Assembly: GCA_040387495.1 (NCBI GenBank)
Contig: JAZKDQ010000001.1
Span: 124,001-188,000 of the forward strand
Direction: 5' to 3'
Origin: Pseudomonadota bacterium
GTDB lineage: Bacteria; Pseudomonadota; Alphaproteobacteria; Paracaedibacterales; CAIOTO01
Length of the DNA stretch: 64,000 nt
The position numbers and the translations under genes were made by a program. Below the pieces are notes generated by a model. The model ran no database searches and had not been told where the DNA came from. It worked only from the letters and a program-made list of their open reading frames with translations. Below, piece after piece: positions 11,240-21,512 of the stretch. How positions within the stretch are numbered: the stretch's first letter is position 1; each line of letters starts with the position of its first letter.

Positions 11240-12622
11240 TTAAGCGCTTAGCTCTAGGTTTGAGAGATGATTTACAATAAGACTTACTTTACTCCCTTTT
11301 GAGCCTTTTACAAAGATAACATCGTTGTCTTTAAGCGAAGTCGTTATATGAGGAATAAGGTCAACTGAAGTGTCTGTATGTGCTCCACGAATTGATTCGG
11401 GTAAAACATCGTATAAATGACGCATTGAATCACAGCAAGAAAACACAAGATCAACATCAGCTTGAATAATTGATTCCAACAACTCCCGGTGATATCTGGC
11501 AGAATCATCTCCAAGTTCACGCATTTCACCAAGAACAGCGATGCGTCGTCCAGTTTTTTTTGTGGATTTTAAGGACAATAGGCCAGCGCGCATGGATGCA
11601 GGATTGGCATTATATGCATCATCAATCAGGGTGATTGAAATATTATTTGGCAGTGTTAATGCGTATGTTGTACCTCTGCCAGCTGGAAGTGTAAACGTTT
11701 CCATTGTTTTTGCCGCTTTTGCCACATCGAGGCCTAATTTATGGCACGCCTCGAGTGCGAGAATGCTGTTCCCTACATGATGCATGCCCGAAAATGGCAG
11801 TGCATAATGCACGTGCGTGCCACCCACTTTAGCGTCGATGTGCGTGATTCCGTTTAATACATACGCATTTATTGAATCCATATCAAATAATCTATGGCTG
11901 TAATTTATTGCCTTATTTGCAAGCAGTTGGTCGCATGTGGCTCCACCATGAATCAATGCATGTCCATTAGGCTTAAGTGCATTTAAAATAGTACTTTTCT
12001 CAGCAGCGATGGCTTCGATTGATCCCATGTGGCCGATATGTGCCTCGACAATTTTTGTGATGATGGCAATATCTGGTGTAATCATGTATGCAAGCGGTTC
12101 AATCTCACCAGGATTATTCATACCTACCTCAAACACGCCAAATTCGGTATCTGGCGTAAGCTCAAGTAAGCTAAGCGGTACACCCCAGCAATTGTTATAG
12201 CTGGCTTTTGATGCGACCGTTTTACCAAATTTTTTTAGAATATGCCCAAGCATTTCTTTTGTAGTTGTTTTGCCAACGCTCCCCGTAATGGCAATCACTT
12301 TTGCGTATGTAAGGCTTCTATTATACACACCAAGTTGTTGCAGGGCGACCAACGTATCGGGTACAGCAATACAAATGCCATTTACGGTGGATGTATCAAA
12401 TGTTGCTGCGACAATTGCTGCCGCGGCACCTTTAGCAAATGCATCGGCTACGAAAGCATGGCCATCACGTTCGCCGCGCATTGGAACGTAGATATCCCCA
12501 GATTTTAATGTGCGGGTATCAATGGATACACCGAAAACAGACGCGTCAGTTGCAAGCAAAGGAAGATCCAATGCCGCAACCAATTCATTTAAATGCCACC
12601 GTGGCTTATGCTGAGTATCCAT
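11240..12622 (-). CDS. murF: UDP-MurNAc-tripeptide--D-Ala-D-Ala ligase
   Basis: ITGSVGKTTTKEM, SYNN..GVPLSL, IDDAYNANPASM, VKGSKG. Confidence 0.97.
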   Translation of the reverse strand: MDTQHKPRWHLNELVAALDLPLLATDASVFGVSIDTRTLKSGDIYVPMRGERDGHAFVADAFAKGAAAAIVAATFDTSTVNGICIAVPDTLVALQQLGVYNRSLTYAKVIAITGSVGKTTTKEMLGHILKKFGKTVASKASYNNCWGVPLSLLELTPDTEFGVFEVGMNNPGEIEPLAYMITPDIAIITKIVEAHIGHMGSIEAIAAEKSTILNALKPNGHALIHGGATCDQLLANKAINYSHRLFDMDSINAYVLNGITHIDAKVGGTHVHYALPFSGMHHVGNSILALEACHKLGLDVAKAAKTMETFTLPAGRGTTYALTLPNNISITLIDDAYNANPASMRAGLLSLKSTKKTGRRIAVLGEMRELGDDSARYHRELLESIIQADVDLVFSCCDSMRHLYDVLPESIRGAHTDTSVDLIPHITTSLKDNDVIFVKGSKGSKVSLIVNHLSNLELSA

Positions 12623-13205
12623 TATAATATGTATAGTGATCTTGTATGAAACCGTATATGGAATTTAACAGAATCATATCCGAAAGAACACCACTTAATT
12701 CAGGTTCTGTGGGATTTAAACCGCATGTTAATTTAGAAATACTAAAGGTCAATAAAAAAAATCTTAATGAATTAACATTATTATTATAGAACATAGTGAT
12801 TAGACTTGAAATTATAAAAGTGGCATGTACGTCAAAAAACATTGCACCAAGTGGTGTTGTCATGAGGCGTCCTTGTGTCATGCTTGAAAGTGAGTTATAT
12901 TTTTCCTGTGCGATTGCTCTAATAGTCTTAAAACCTAACGTAGTAAGATTTAAACTAATGCATTGATGTAAAGTGTTATTTGCGCTTATATAAGACACTG
13001 CTAGCGGAGTAACAATTTCAGTTGCAATTTTATATCCATTTTGTTCAATGAAAGTTACAGGGTTATTGAAAGATTGTTTTTTTTGTCTATTGCTAGCGTT
13101 TAGTGAAAAAATACGCGTGTTTAGATTGTTTTGCTCATAAAACTCTTCAGCTGCAAAAGTCATTGTTCCAAGTAAGCATATAAAAATGATTCTAAATAAA
13201 TACAT
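12606..13205 (-). CDS. Hypothetical protein with signal-peptide-like N-terminus, between murE and murF
   Basis: 199-codon ORF in AT-rich DNA; MYLFRIIFICLLGTMTFA; overlaps murF start by 17 nt. Confidence 0.65.
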   Translation of the reverse strand: MYLFRIIFICLLGTMTFAAEEFYEQNNLNTRIFSLNASNRQKKQSFNNPVTFIEQNGYKIATEIVTPLAVSYISANNTLHQCISLNLTTLGFKTIRAIAQEKYNSLSSMTQGRLMTTPLGAMFFDVHATFIISSLITMFYNNNVNSLRFFLLTFSISKLTCGLNPTEPELSGVLSDMILLNSIYGFIQDHYTYYNGYSA

Positions 13206-13292
13206 CTGTAAATTTCAAAAATACATGATATTTTATGTTGAAGGTGAAAGTTGTTTTTTAGCAAGCTGAAAATGATTGCAATATGAATATAA

Positions 13293-14789
13293 TTACAAAT
13301 TTTCAAGAATCTCTTCTCGGTCATCGAATGGAAACGTTGTGTTCCCAATAATTTGCCCTTGTTCGTGCCCTTTACCAGCCACCAGTACAACATCACCAGG
13401 TTCAACGTTGCTGATTACATAATTAATTGCATCGCGACGATTCGCAATTTCGATTGCGTTAGGGCAGGCGGCTAAAATTTCTGCTCTGATATGGCCAGGC
13501 TCTTCGAACCGTGGGTTATCATCCGTCACAATGCACACATCCGCAAGCGATGCTGCAATTTTTCCCATGATAGGACGCTTTCCTGCATCACGATTGCCTC
13601 CGCATCCAAAAACAACCCACAGTTTACCTGTTGCAAAGGGACGTAAATTATTCATCGCTTTTTCAAGTGCATCTGGCGTATGTGCAAAGTCCACATAAAA
13701 GTGGGCATTATTTTTAGTGGCAACGCGTTCTAATCTGCCTGTGGCACATGTGAGTTTAGGAAAGGTTGGTAAGCAATCTTGAATAGTGAGTCCCGATGCT
13801 AATACAAGTCCCAATGCTGCCAAGACATTTTCAACCTGGAAATCACCGCTGATGTTGATGCGCACATCCTTAAATGTTTCGCCATCTACGACCAAATCGA
13901 ATAATTGTGATTGCCCTGCAATGCGGCAATTTTTTGCCTGCAAAGTGGCATCTGTCAGGCGTGAAAAACTAACTACTTTTTGATTGCGCTTTGTACATAA
14001 ATTGATCAATGCATTAAAATAAGGTGTATCTTTGTTAATCACAGCCGTCATGCCTTCGCCTAAAACTTCTGTAAACAAACGCGCCTTTGCATTAAAATAA
14101 TCGTCCATTGTTTGGTGATAATCCAAATGATCCTGGGTCAAATTTGTAAATGCCGCTGCCTTTAATGACACGCCATGTATACGGTATTGATCAAGGCCAT
14201 GGCTTGATGCTTCGAATGCTAAGTAATCAATATGATTTTGATTAAGGCGTTGCATCAACTGATGGAGACGAAGCGAATCTAATGTTGTAAGTGATGCACC
14301 TTTCATAACAGGTGTAAATTCGTTTTGAATATTTGCCTCAATAGTTGATGATACGCTAAGACCAAGCGTTCCCACACTAGCGCAGGCCCGAGCGGCACCT
14401 TCCCAAAATTGACGCACATAGTGAACAGTTGAGCTTTTTCCATTGGTACCCGTTACTGCGACACTATTTTTTGGCATACCAGCATAGAAAACAGAAGCAA
14501 GTTTTGCCAGCGCCAAACGTGGGTTAAAATGTGGAATAACTAACACATCATGTTCTTGAAACACTGGGTGATCAGCAAGCTCGGATTCTGCAACAACAAC
14601 GCGGCAACCTTTACTGATGACGTCTTCTAGATAATCAATTTCCGTAGGGCTAGGCGTTGATACAAAAATATCAAACGGTTCAACACTGCGAGAATCAGCA
14701 CGAATGGCTTGAATAATGCGTTGACCATATGGCGATGGCAGCGGGTTATTGATAAGGCCGGCTTGTTGGAGAAGAGCGTTAAGTTGCAT
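13293..14789 (-). CDS. murE: UDP-MurNAc-L-Ala-D-Glu--meso-DAP ligase
   Basis: VTGTNGKSS, EASSHGLDQ.R, FTNLTQDHLDYH, DNPR (DAP specificity), AGKGHE. Confidence 0.98.
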   Translation of the reverse strand: MQLNALLQQAGLINNPLPSPYGQRIIQAIRADSRSVEPFDIFVSTPSPTEIDYLEDVISKGCRVVVAESELADHPVFQEHDVLVIPHFNPRLALAKLASVFYAGMPKNSVAVTGTNGKSSTVHYVRQFWEGAARACASVGTLGLSVSSTIEANIQNEFTPVMKGASLTTLDSLRLHQLMQRLNQNHIDYLAFEASSHGLDQYRIHGVSLKAAAFTNLTQDHLDYHQTMDDYFNAKARLFTEVLGEGMTAVINKDTPYFNALINLCTKRNQKVVSFSRLTDATLQAKNCRIAGQSQLFDLVVDGETFKDVRINISGDFQVENVLAALGLVLASGLTIQDCLPTFPKLTCATGRLERVATKNNAHFYVDFAHTPDALEKAMNNLRPFATGKLWVVFGCGGNRDAGKRPIMGKIAASLADVCIVTDDNPRFEEPGHIRAEILAACPNAIEIANRRDAINYVISNVEPGDVVLVAGKGHEQGQIIGNTTFPFDDREEILENL

Positions 14790-15085
14790 AAATGAATCTT
14801 TTAATGAGTAGTCAGTTTGTTGGCAGTATAGATGAAATTTGCTTTTTTCATAAGTGGATAAGTTAAGTTTTCCTGCTTGACGTTAGCTATAAACAAAAGA
14901 TAAAATTTTAGGTATTGTTTTGAAATTCACTTCATTCAAAAATCATTGATATATAAAATTTATCTATTTGTATTCGTTTATATTAGGAAAATAAAACATA
15001 TTTTTCATGTATTAATTTTAAACTTACTTCTTTGCTGCTAAACATATTTTATGCTACTGTGCAACATCAAGAATAGGAGCCACAC

Positions 15086-16591
15086 ATGCAACCCCACAAT
15101 GCTGCTGATATCGTATCGTTATTTCAAAGTCAGGGGCAAGCTGATACAGCCAATAAAAATGTGGTTGCTCATGAAACGGTGCCTTATAATATAGAGGCTG
15201 AACAAGCCCTTTTGGGTGCACTTATTCTTAATAATGGTACATTTGAACACATTTCAGATTTCCTGCGCGCCGACCATTTCTCGCAAAAAGTACATGGGCT
15301 TATTTTTGGTGCCATTGCACATTCATTAGAGCGCGGACGCATAGCTGACCCAATCACATTAAAAGATGTTCTTAATAACGATGCCGAGTTCATTGAACTT
15401 GGTGGGTATCAATACTTGGTTGACCTATCGGATTCCGTTTATTCACTTGTTAGCGTTGCTGATTATGGACGTTTGATTTACGACATGTACATGCGTCGCC
15501 AGTTGATTGCCATTGGTCATGATACGATTGTTGATGCGCGTCTGTTAGATGGTGAGCGCATTGCATCAAATGTGATTGAGGATGCTGAACGCCGACTTTA
15601 TAATTTAGCAACATCTGGAACCTCAGGGCAAGGCGCCGTTTCTTTTGGGCACGCCCTTGCGCAAGCGATTACAACGGCCGAAGGTGCTTTTAAGCGTGAC
15701 AGCCATGTTGTTGGTGTGACCTCTGGCTTTACCGATATGGATAAATGGCTTGGTGGATTGCATCCATCAGATTTGTTGATTTTGGCAGGACGTCCTTCTA
15801 TGGGGAAAACGGCGTTGGCAACAAACATCGCGTTTAATGCCGCCAAAGGTTATCACGAACAAAATAAAGATGGCGCACCTGTTCTTTTTTTCTCACTCGA
15901 GATGTCATCAGAACAACTCGCGAATCGTATTTTATCTAGCGAATCAGGGGTTTCATCGGATTTAATTCGTCGTGGTGCCATTCGGGCGGAAGATTTTCCG
16001 CGTTTGGTGGATGTCAGTCGCCGCCTTGGTGAAGTCCCTTTGTTTATTGACGATACGCCTGCTTTAACTGTTACAGCAGTTCGAAATCGTGCGCGTCGTT
16101 TGCAGCGTCAGCATGGGATTGGTATGATCGTAATTGACTATTTACAGTTGCTCTCTGGCAGCAGCAAAAGTAGTGATGGCAATCGTGTACAAGAAATTTC
16201 TGAAATTACACGATCATTAAAAGCACTTGCAAAAGAATTGCACGTGCCCGTTTTGGCATTGTCACAGTTATCACGTGCGGTTGAGCAGCGTGACGATAAA
16301 CGCCCACAGTTATCCGATTTGCGTGAATCAGGCTCGATCGAGCAAGACTCGGACGTTGTTATGTTTGTGTATCGTGAAGAATATTATGAGGGCCGGAAAG
16401 AGCCCACCCCAGGTACAGATAAACATGTCGAATGGCAAGCGAACATGTCAAAAGTACATAACAAAGCAGAGGTGATTATTGCCAAGCAACGTCATGGCCC
16501 AATTGGTACGGTGCGGTTGTATTTTGATGGTTCTGTTACTAAGTTTGGGAATTTGGCGAAAGAAGATCAGCCTGATCCTCATGGGTTTTAG
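15086..16591 (+). CDS. dnaB: Replicative DNA helicase
   Basis: EAEQALLG, GRPSMGKT, FFSLEMS, IDYLQL, DLRESGSIEQDSD, KQRHGP; AGGAG RBS. Confidence 0.99.
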   Translation: MQPHNAADIVSLFQSQGQADTANKNVVAHETVPYNIEAEQALLGALILNNGTFEHISDFLRADHFSQKVHGLIFGAIAHSLERGRIADPITLKDVLNNDAEFIELGGYQYLVDLSDSVYSLVSVADYGRLIYDMYMRRQLIAIGHDTIVDARLLDGERIASNVIEDAERRLYNLATSGTSGQGAVSFGHALAQAITTAEGAFKRDSHVVGVTSGFTDMDKWLGGLHPSDLLILAGRPSMGKTALATNIAFNAAKGYHEQNKDGAPVLFFSLEMSSEQLANRILSSESGVSSDLIRRGAIRAEDFPRLVDVSRRLGEVPLFIDDTPALTVTAVRNRARRLQRQHGIGMIVIDYLQLLSGSSKSSDGNRVQEISEITRSLKALAKELHVPVLALSQLSRAVEQRDDKRPQLSDLRESGSIEQDSDVVMFVYREEYYEGRKEPTPGTDKHVEWQANMSKVHNKAEVIIAKQRHGPIGTVRLYFDGSVTKFGNLAKEDQPDPHGF

Positions 16592-16604
16592 TTAAAGGTT
16601 AATA

Positions 16605-17411
16605 TTATCTTCTAAAAGTACTTGATAATAATCGTCCACCTAGAAATAACCCGAAACCAACAACAACACTGGCTGATCCAACGGGCCAGTCCATCCAAAA
16701 ACCGATAACAATTCCACCGATAAGCATAAGAAGTGCCATGAATATGGCACGTCGAATCATGCCCTCGGGTGATCGTGAAAACTGCGCAGCAGATGCGCCG
16801 GGTAACAGCATTAATCCTGGAACGAGTAATGCCCCGACAATGGGTAATGTAGCGGCCACCACGCACGATAACATCAACAAAAAAACGAATGTCATATGAT
16901 GTGGCGCGATGCCTTCAACAGATGCCCAATCAGGATCGAGGGTGATAAGAATTAATTTGCGCCAAAACAAAAACAAGAATGCACCTACGGTCAGGGTTAT
17001 GCCGACTAAGATTGCTATGTCAAATGAATTGAGCAGCAACAAATCGCCAAACAAGAATTGTTCAACACTTGCACCGCCTTTTGCGCCGCCACGTGGTAAT
17101 GATCGCATCACAATAAATGCGATGGCCATGAGGGTGTACGATAAAAGCCCAAGCCATGCATCAGATGGTAGCTTAAAAACGAGTGGACCATACGCGAGCA
17201 GAGCCGATAAAATTGTACATATTAGTAGTATTCCCCACAAAGGTGCTGCACCCCACATCAAACTAACAGCAACACCAAGCATTGCACTATGCGCCATGGC
17301 GTCACCAAAGAAAGCTTGGCGTCTCCACAACAGAAAACACCCAAGCGGTGCAAGACTAAAGGACAAACAAACAGCGGCGATGAGAGAAAATAAAATAAAG
17401 TGATCAAACAT
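16605..17411 (-). CDS. znuB: Zinc ABC transporter permease
   Basis: PLGCFLLWRRQAFFGDAMAHSAMLG, FLFGDLL; start reassigned to ATG overlapping znuC end. Confidence 0.9.
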   Translation of the reverse strand: MFDHFILFSLIAAVCLSFSLAPLGCFLLWRRQAFFGDAMAHSAMLGVAVSLMWGAAPLWGILLICTILSALLAYGPLVFKLPSDAWLGLLSYTLMAIAFIVMRSLPRGGAKGGASVEQFLFGDLLLLNSFDIAILVGITLTVGAFLFLFWRKLILITLDPDWASVEGIAPHHMTFVFLLMLSCVVAATLPIVGALLVPGLMLLPGASAAQFSRSPEGMIRRAIFMALLMLIGGIVIGFWMDWPVGSASVVVGFGLFLGGRLLSSTFRR

Positions 17412-18150
17412 GAGCATGCTCACAATTTGAATGATCAACGCCATCGTGTGTATGATCATGATGGTGCGTATAGGGTAAGAATCCACCAAAAAGGCTCTGT
17501 ACAATCGGGTCTTGCCGCACGTGATCTGGATGCCCCATACAGCATATATGTTTGTTGAGACAAATAACGGTATCGCTTGCATCCCAAACCAAATGCAAGT
17601 CATGTGAAACATGAACAACTGCACAACCAAGTGTATGTCTAATATGGTGCAGCATGCGGTAAAATTCAGCTTGGCCTACTAAATCGAGGCCTTGCACGGG
17701 TTCATCTAAGACCAGTAAATCAGGGGATTGCAAAAGTGCGCGCGCTAATAGTACACGTTGCCATTCACCACCCGATAATGTGTGGATGCTTTGTTTAAGC
17801 GCGTAGGCAGCGTTTACTTGTTCAAGAACAGCGGTTATATGCGTGCGTGTATTTTTTGTTACTGATTGAGAGAGTGATAAAAAACGTTCTACAGTCAAAG
17901 GTAAGCTTGCGTTTAAGTTGAGTCTTTGTGGCATATAGCCAAGCTTGATTCCCTTTTTACGTGAAATACTGCCGGTCGATGCGTTCAAAAGTCCCAATAT
18001 CAAACGTAAGAGTGTGCTTTTTCCAGCGCCGTTTGGCCCAATAATTGTTGTGATCGTCTTATCGTCAATACTAAAAGTCACATCATCAACGAGACGTTGC
18101 CGCGTGGTCGGACATGTATATGTGGCATGCAATAATGTGACGAGGCTCAT
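17404..18150 (-). CDS. znuC: Zinc ABC transporter ATPase
   Basis: GPNGAGKST, LSGGEWQR, LDEP, VSHDLH, CLNKHICC.GHP and His-rich tail. Confidence 0.95.
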   Translation of the reverse strand: MSLVTLLHATYTCPTTRQRLVDDVTFSIDDKTITTIIGPNGAGKSTLLRLILGLLNASTGSISRKKGIKLGYMPQRLNLNASLPLTVERFLSLSQSVTKNTRTHITAVLEQVNAAYALKQSIHTLSGGEWQRVLLARALLQSPDLLVLDEPVQGLDLVGQAEFYRMLHHIRHTLGCAVVHVSHDLHLVWDASDTVICLNKHICCMGHPDHVRQDPIVQSLFGGFLPYTHHHDHTHDGVDHSNCEHAHV

Positions 18151-18662
18151 AGTTTATTCTCGTGTGGGTAAGTACCCCAAATGGATTGACGCGGTAACCA
18201 GCCTTTATAGATCTTATTTTTGTTAGCTTCACCAGCAGATTTTATTTCAACACGACACCATTTTGCTTGGCATTCGTGAAGGACTCCAATGACAGTTGCT
18301 TCGACAAATGCTATTGTTTTTGCTTTTTCGTCAGGTTTATCTTTTAATTCTTGTGTTTTCCCAAGTGTCCAAAAGGATCGTTTTCCTTTCAGTAGACTTT
18401 TGTGTATCCATCCTTCAGTTCCTTGCCAGTCACGCACTTGCCGCCATGTGTCAAACTCAGCAATAATTTCAACAGGCATGCCAGGACGAAGCAATAGCCA
18501 ACTAATAGGGTAATTAGGTCCGGGTCCTACGTGCAAATTTGCTTTTGTGGCACGAAGGGTTGCAAAACGAGGCAAGGTAAGTTGTGTTGTTGGCGGGTGT
18601 GCAGACAAACTCGTTGTCAGCATGATAAAAATAAAGAAAATAGAGTAAAATCGACTAGTCAT
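18147..18662 (-). CDS. Bacterial SH3-domain protein (alphaproteobacterial type)
   Basis: Signal peptide, LPRFATL, GPGPNYPISW, WRQVRDWQGTEGWIHKSLL. Confidence 0.88.
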   Translation of the reverse strand: MTSRFYSIFFIFIMLTTSLSAHPPTTQLTLPRFATLRATKANLHVGPGPNYPISWLLLRPGMPVEIIAEFDTWRQVRDWQGTEGWIHKSLLKGKRSFWTLGKTQELKDKPDEKAKTIAFVEATVIGVLHECQAKWCRVEIKSAGEANKNKIYKGWLPRQSIWGTYPHENKL

Positions 18663-18773
18663 AAAAGTATACGCACATTTTTTCTGTTAATTATAGTGTA
18701 TGATAATTTTATAAGTGATTCCAGAATATTCTTTTAGGTACACTTCAGCGCTTTTTATGAGCAGAATATAAAG

Positions 18774-19214
18774 TTATACGCCTGTTGAACCAAATTTACC
18801 AAGACCACGCTCTGTTTCTGTTAATACATCAATTTCACATAAAGAAACTGTTGTGTACGGAGCAATAATCATTTGTGCAAAGCGCATGCCTGGAGTAATA
18901 ACAAATGGTTGGTCACCAGAATTCATAATGAGTACAAAAAGTTCGCCACGATAGTCAGAATCAATTGTCGCTGGTGAGTTTAATACAAATGCACCGTGCT
19001 TAAGTGCTAGGCCCGATCGTGAGCGGATTTGTGCTTCATACCCTGGCGGTAATTGAATGCCGAACCCTGTTGGAACAAGCGCACGTTTTCCAGGGTTTAT
19101 TGTTAAATCAGTTTTGATGGCTGCCCGTAAATCAAGACCTGCGCTGCCTTCGGTTGCATAAGATGGTAGGGGCAAATCAGCTGCATGTGGTAAACGTTGT
19201 ATATTTAAGTTCAT
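18774..19214 (-). CDS. dut: dUTP diphosphatase
   Basis: GSAGLDL, RSGLA, TIDSDYRGE, AQMI, RGLGKFGSTG. Confidence 0.98.
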   Translation of the reverse strand: MNLNIQRLPHAADLPLPSYATEGSAGLDLRAAIKTDLTINPGKRALVPTGFGIQLPPGYEAQIRSRSGLALKHGAFVLNSPATIDSDYRGELFVLIMNSGDQPFVITPGMRFAQMIIAPYTTVSLCEIDVLTETERGLGKFGSTGV

Positions 19215-20944
19215 ACGGCTATTTCATTCTGTTTTTGAGTTTTATCTTTTTCGTCTGAAGGTATGGAATGATCATGATCAATTTCTGCTGACGAGTTTGA
19301 CGGAACATCACTGCTCAGCAAAAATTTACGATAACTATCTTGCTTAAAGAAAGTAGGTGTTTCATCTCCAAAGCCTTTAGCTTGCATGTTTGGACCATAG
19401 GATTCAGTGTGGTCTCTGCGATGCTGCTGCGGGGGGGATTCGTTATTGAATCGTTTTGGCTCGTTCTGTTTCGTGCGATCGTTTCTATCATGTCTTTGGC
19501 GCGGGTGAATATTCTTTACAGAATCCACAACTGGAGTATCGCTATTTACGACAGAAATAGGTGCATCACTACTGGTAGTTTCGATAGGCTCACCGTTTGC
19601 CACTAGGCTATTAGGTGTCGTGTTTTCTTCTTTTGTGGCTTTGCGTGGTGCTCGGAGAGGACGTCTTTTGCGAGCCGCTGGTTGTGCCACCGTAGATGGT
19701 ATATTTGTATCAGCTGCTGATTCAACCTCCAAAATTGATGTCTCAGACTTTGCGTTTTTTGCTTTTGGCGGCAACCTTTTAGTAGGGGCTGGTGTATTAA
19801 TCACGTTCTCAGGCACTACGAATTCTCGAATATCTTGTTGTGTGAGGGTTTCAATTGCTTTCCATTGCTTTTGATCACGTTTTTCAACAAGTGTGAACGC
19901 AAAACCTGATTTGCCAGCGCGCCCTGTTCGACCAATACGGTGTACATAGTCTTCTGCATTCACTGGCACGTCAAAGTTGATAACAAGGCCAAGGTCCTCA
20001 ACATCAAGGCCGCGCGCAGCAATATCACTTGCGACAAGAATGTGAATTTCACCTGCACGAAAACGTTCGACTGTCTGGTTACGGGTAGATTGTTGCAAGT
20101 CACCGTGCAAACTATCTGCTGCAAACTTATGGCGTCGAAGTGAGGACACAAGTGTCGTAACTTGGGTTTTCCGGTTGCAGAAAATAATTGTTGGGATTTT
20201 TGTATCCCCTTGCATGCCATGCATTGCAATAATGTGACGTGTGATATTTCGTTTTTGTTTATCATCTGACATTGCAAAGTATTGTTCAATGGACGCAACC
20301 GTACTGCCTGCACGTGAGATATTTACAATTTTTGGTGCTAACATGAATTGATGAGTCATCTTGCGAATCTCATCATCGAAAGTTGCACTAAAAAGCATTG
20401 TTTGACGTGAGAGAGGAATCTTTTCCATGATGCGTTTTACATCAGGTAAGAAACCCATGTCGAGCATACGATCAGCTTCGTCAATGACGACATAACGAAT
20501 GCCAAATAGCATTAGCTTTTCACGTTCACATAAATCAAGTAAACGTCCTGGTGTTGCAATAAGTACATCTGGATTTGTTTTAAGAACGCGTTCTTGTTGC
20601 GTCATAGATTCGCCACCAACCAACAACGCCGCTTTCAATGATCCGTCTGAAAAGCGTGTGAATTGATCGAAAACCTGCAAAGCGAGCTCACGTGTAGGTT
20701 CCATAATAATGGCGCGAGGCATACGTGCTTTTAAAGGAATATCATTGAGAATATGTAAAAGAGGAAGTAAGAATGAAGCTGTTTTGCCGCTACCTGTTTG
20801 AGCAGATGCAATAACGTCTTGACCATGCAACACTAATGGAATTGCTTCTTCTTGTATCGGTGTTGGTGTATCAAAACCCAGCGTAGCTAAATGCTGGCAT
20901 AAGCGTTCGTTTAAACCTAAATGTTCAAATGAGAGTGGTTTCAA
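19211..20944 (-). CDS. DEAD-box RNA helicase with long low-complexity C-terminal tail
   Basis: Q motif, AQTGSGKT, PTRELA, DEAD, SAT, HRIGRTGRAG; TTG start. Confidence 0.96.
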   Translation of the reverse strand: MKPLSFEHLGLNERLCQHLATLGFDTPTPIQEEAIPLVLHGQDVIASAQTGSGKTASFLLPLLHILNDIPLKARMPRAIIMEPTRELALQVFDQFTRFSDGSLKAALLVGGESMTQQERVLKTNPDVLIATPGRLLDLCEREKLMLFGIRYVVIDEADRMLDMGFLPDVKRIMEKIPLSRQTMLFSATFDDEIRKMTHQFMLAPKIVNISRAGSTVASIEQYFAMSDDKQKRNITRHIIAMHGMQGDTKIPTIIFCNRKTQVTTLVSSLRRHKFAADSLHGDLQQSTRNQTVERFRAGEIHILVASDIAARGLDVEDLGLVINFDVPVNAEDYVHRIGRTGRAGKSGFAFTLVEKRDQKQWKAIETLTQQDIREFVVPENVINTPAPTKRLPPKAKNAKSETSILEVESAADTNIPSTVAQPAARKRRPLRAPRKATKEENTTPNSLVANGEPIETTSSDAPISVVNSDTPVVDSVKNIHPRQRHDRNDRTKQNEPKRFNNESPPQQHRRDHTESYGPNMQAKGFGDETPTFFKQDSYRKFLLSSDVPSNSSAEIDHDHSIPSDEKDKTQKQNEIAV

Positions 20945-21029
20945 ATTATGGAGTCCTTAAAATCTCTTTTAGATAATCATGTCAGGGTACAAATACAATA
21001 AAATAAAATTTGTATTACTAATAATAATA

Positions 21030-21512
21030 TTAATTCTTTTGTTGGAAAGAATCAATTGTTTTTAGAACATGATCCCAATGTTCGGGTACTTTTACTTTAC
21101 GCCAAATATGACGGATAATAAATGAATCGTCAATATAAAATGTCGACCGTTCTATGCCAAAATAAATTTTTCCATACATAGATTTTTGTTTCCAAACATT
21201 GAATGCTTCACAGAATTCACCTGTTGGGTCACTTAGTAATGGAAAATTTAAATCGAATTTAGAGGAAAAACGTTGATGTGAGGCAGAATTGTCTTTCGAA
21301 ATGCCAAAAATCATACAATTGCGACGTTTGAATTCAGCCAGTTGATCACGTAGATCACAGGCCTGTTTGGTGCAACCGGATGTGTTATCTTTTGGGTAAA
21401 AATAAAGAATGATAGGCTGCCCTTTATAAGACTTTAATGACAATTCTTTGCCATTAGCATCGTGTAATAGGCACGCCGGTGGTGATTGATCCAATAATTC
21501 ATCTATAACCAT
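21030..21512 (-). CDS. bcp: Peroxiredoxin BCP/PrxQ
   Basis: LYFYPKDNTSGCTKQAC, IERSTF; start reassigned to ATG at 21512. Confidence 0.93.
   Translation of the reverse strand: MVIDELLDQSPPACLLHDANGKELSLKSYKGQPIILYFYPKDNTSGCTKQACDLRDQLAEFKRRNCMIFGISKDNSASHQRFSSKFDLNFPLLSDPTGEFCEAFNVWKQKSMYGKIYFGIERSTFYIDDSFIIRHIWRKVKVPEHWDHVLKTIDSFQQKN

Noticed and set aside
14790..15085. Possible replication origin in the AT-rich murE-dnaB spacer
   Set aside because: Only one imperfect DnaA-box-like sequence (14853-14861); divergent promoters explain the region. The single box at 46658-46666 is equally insufficient.
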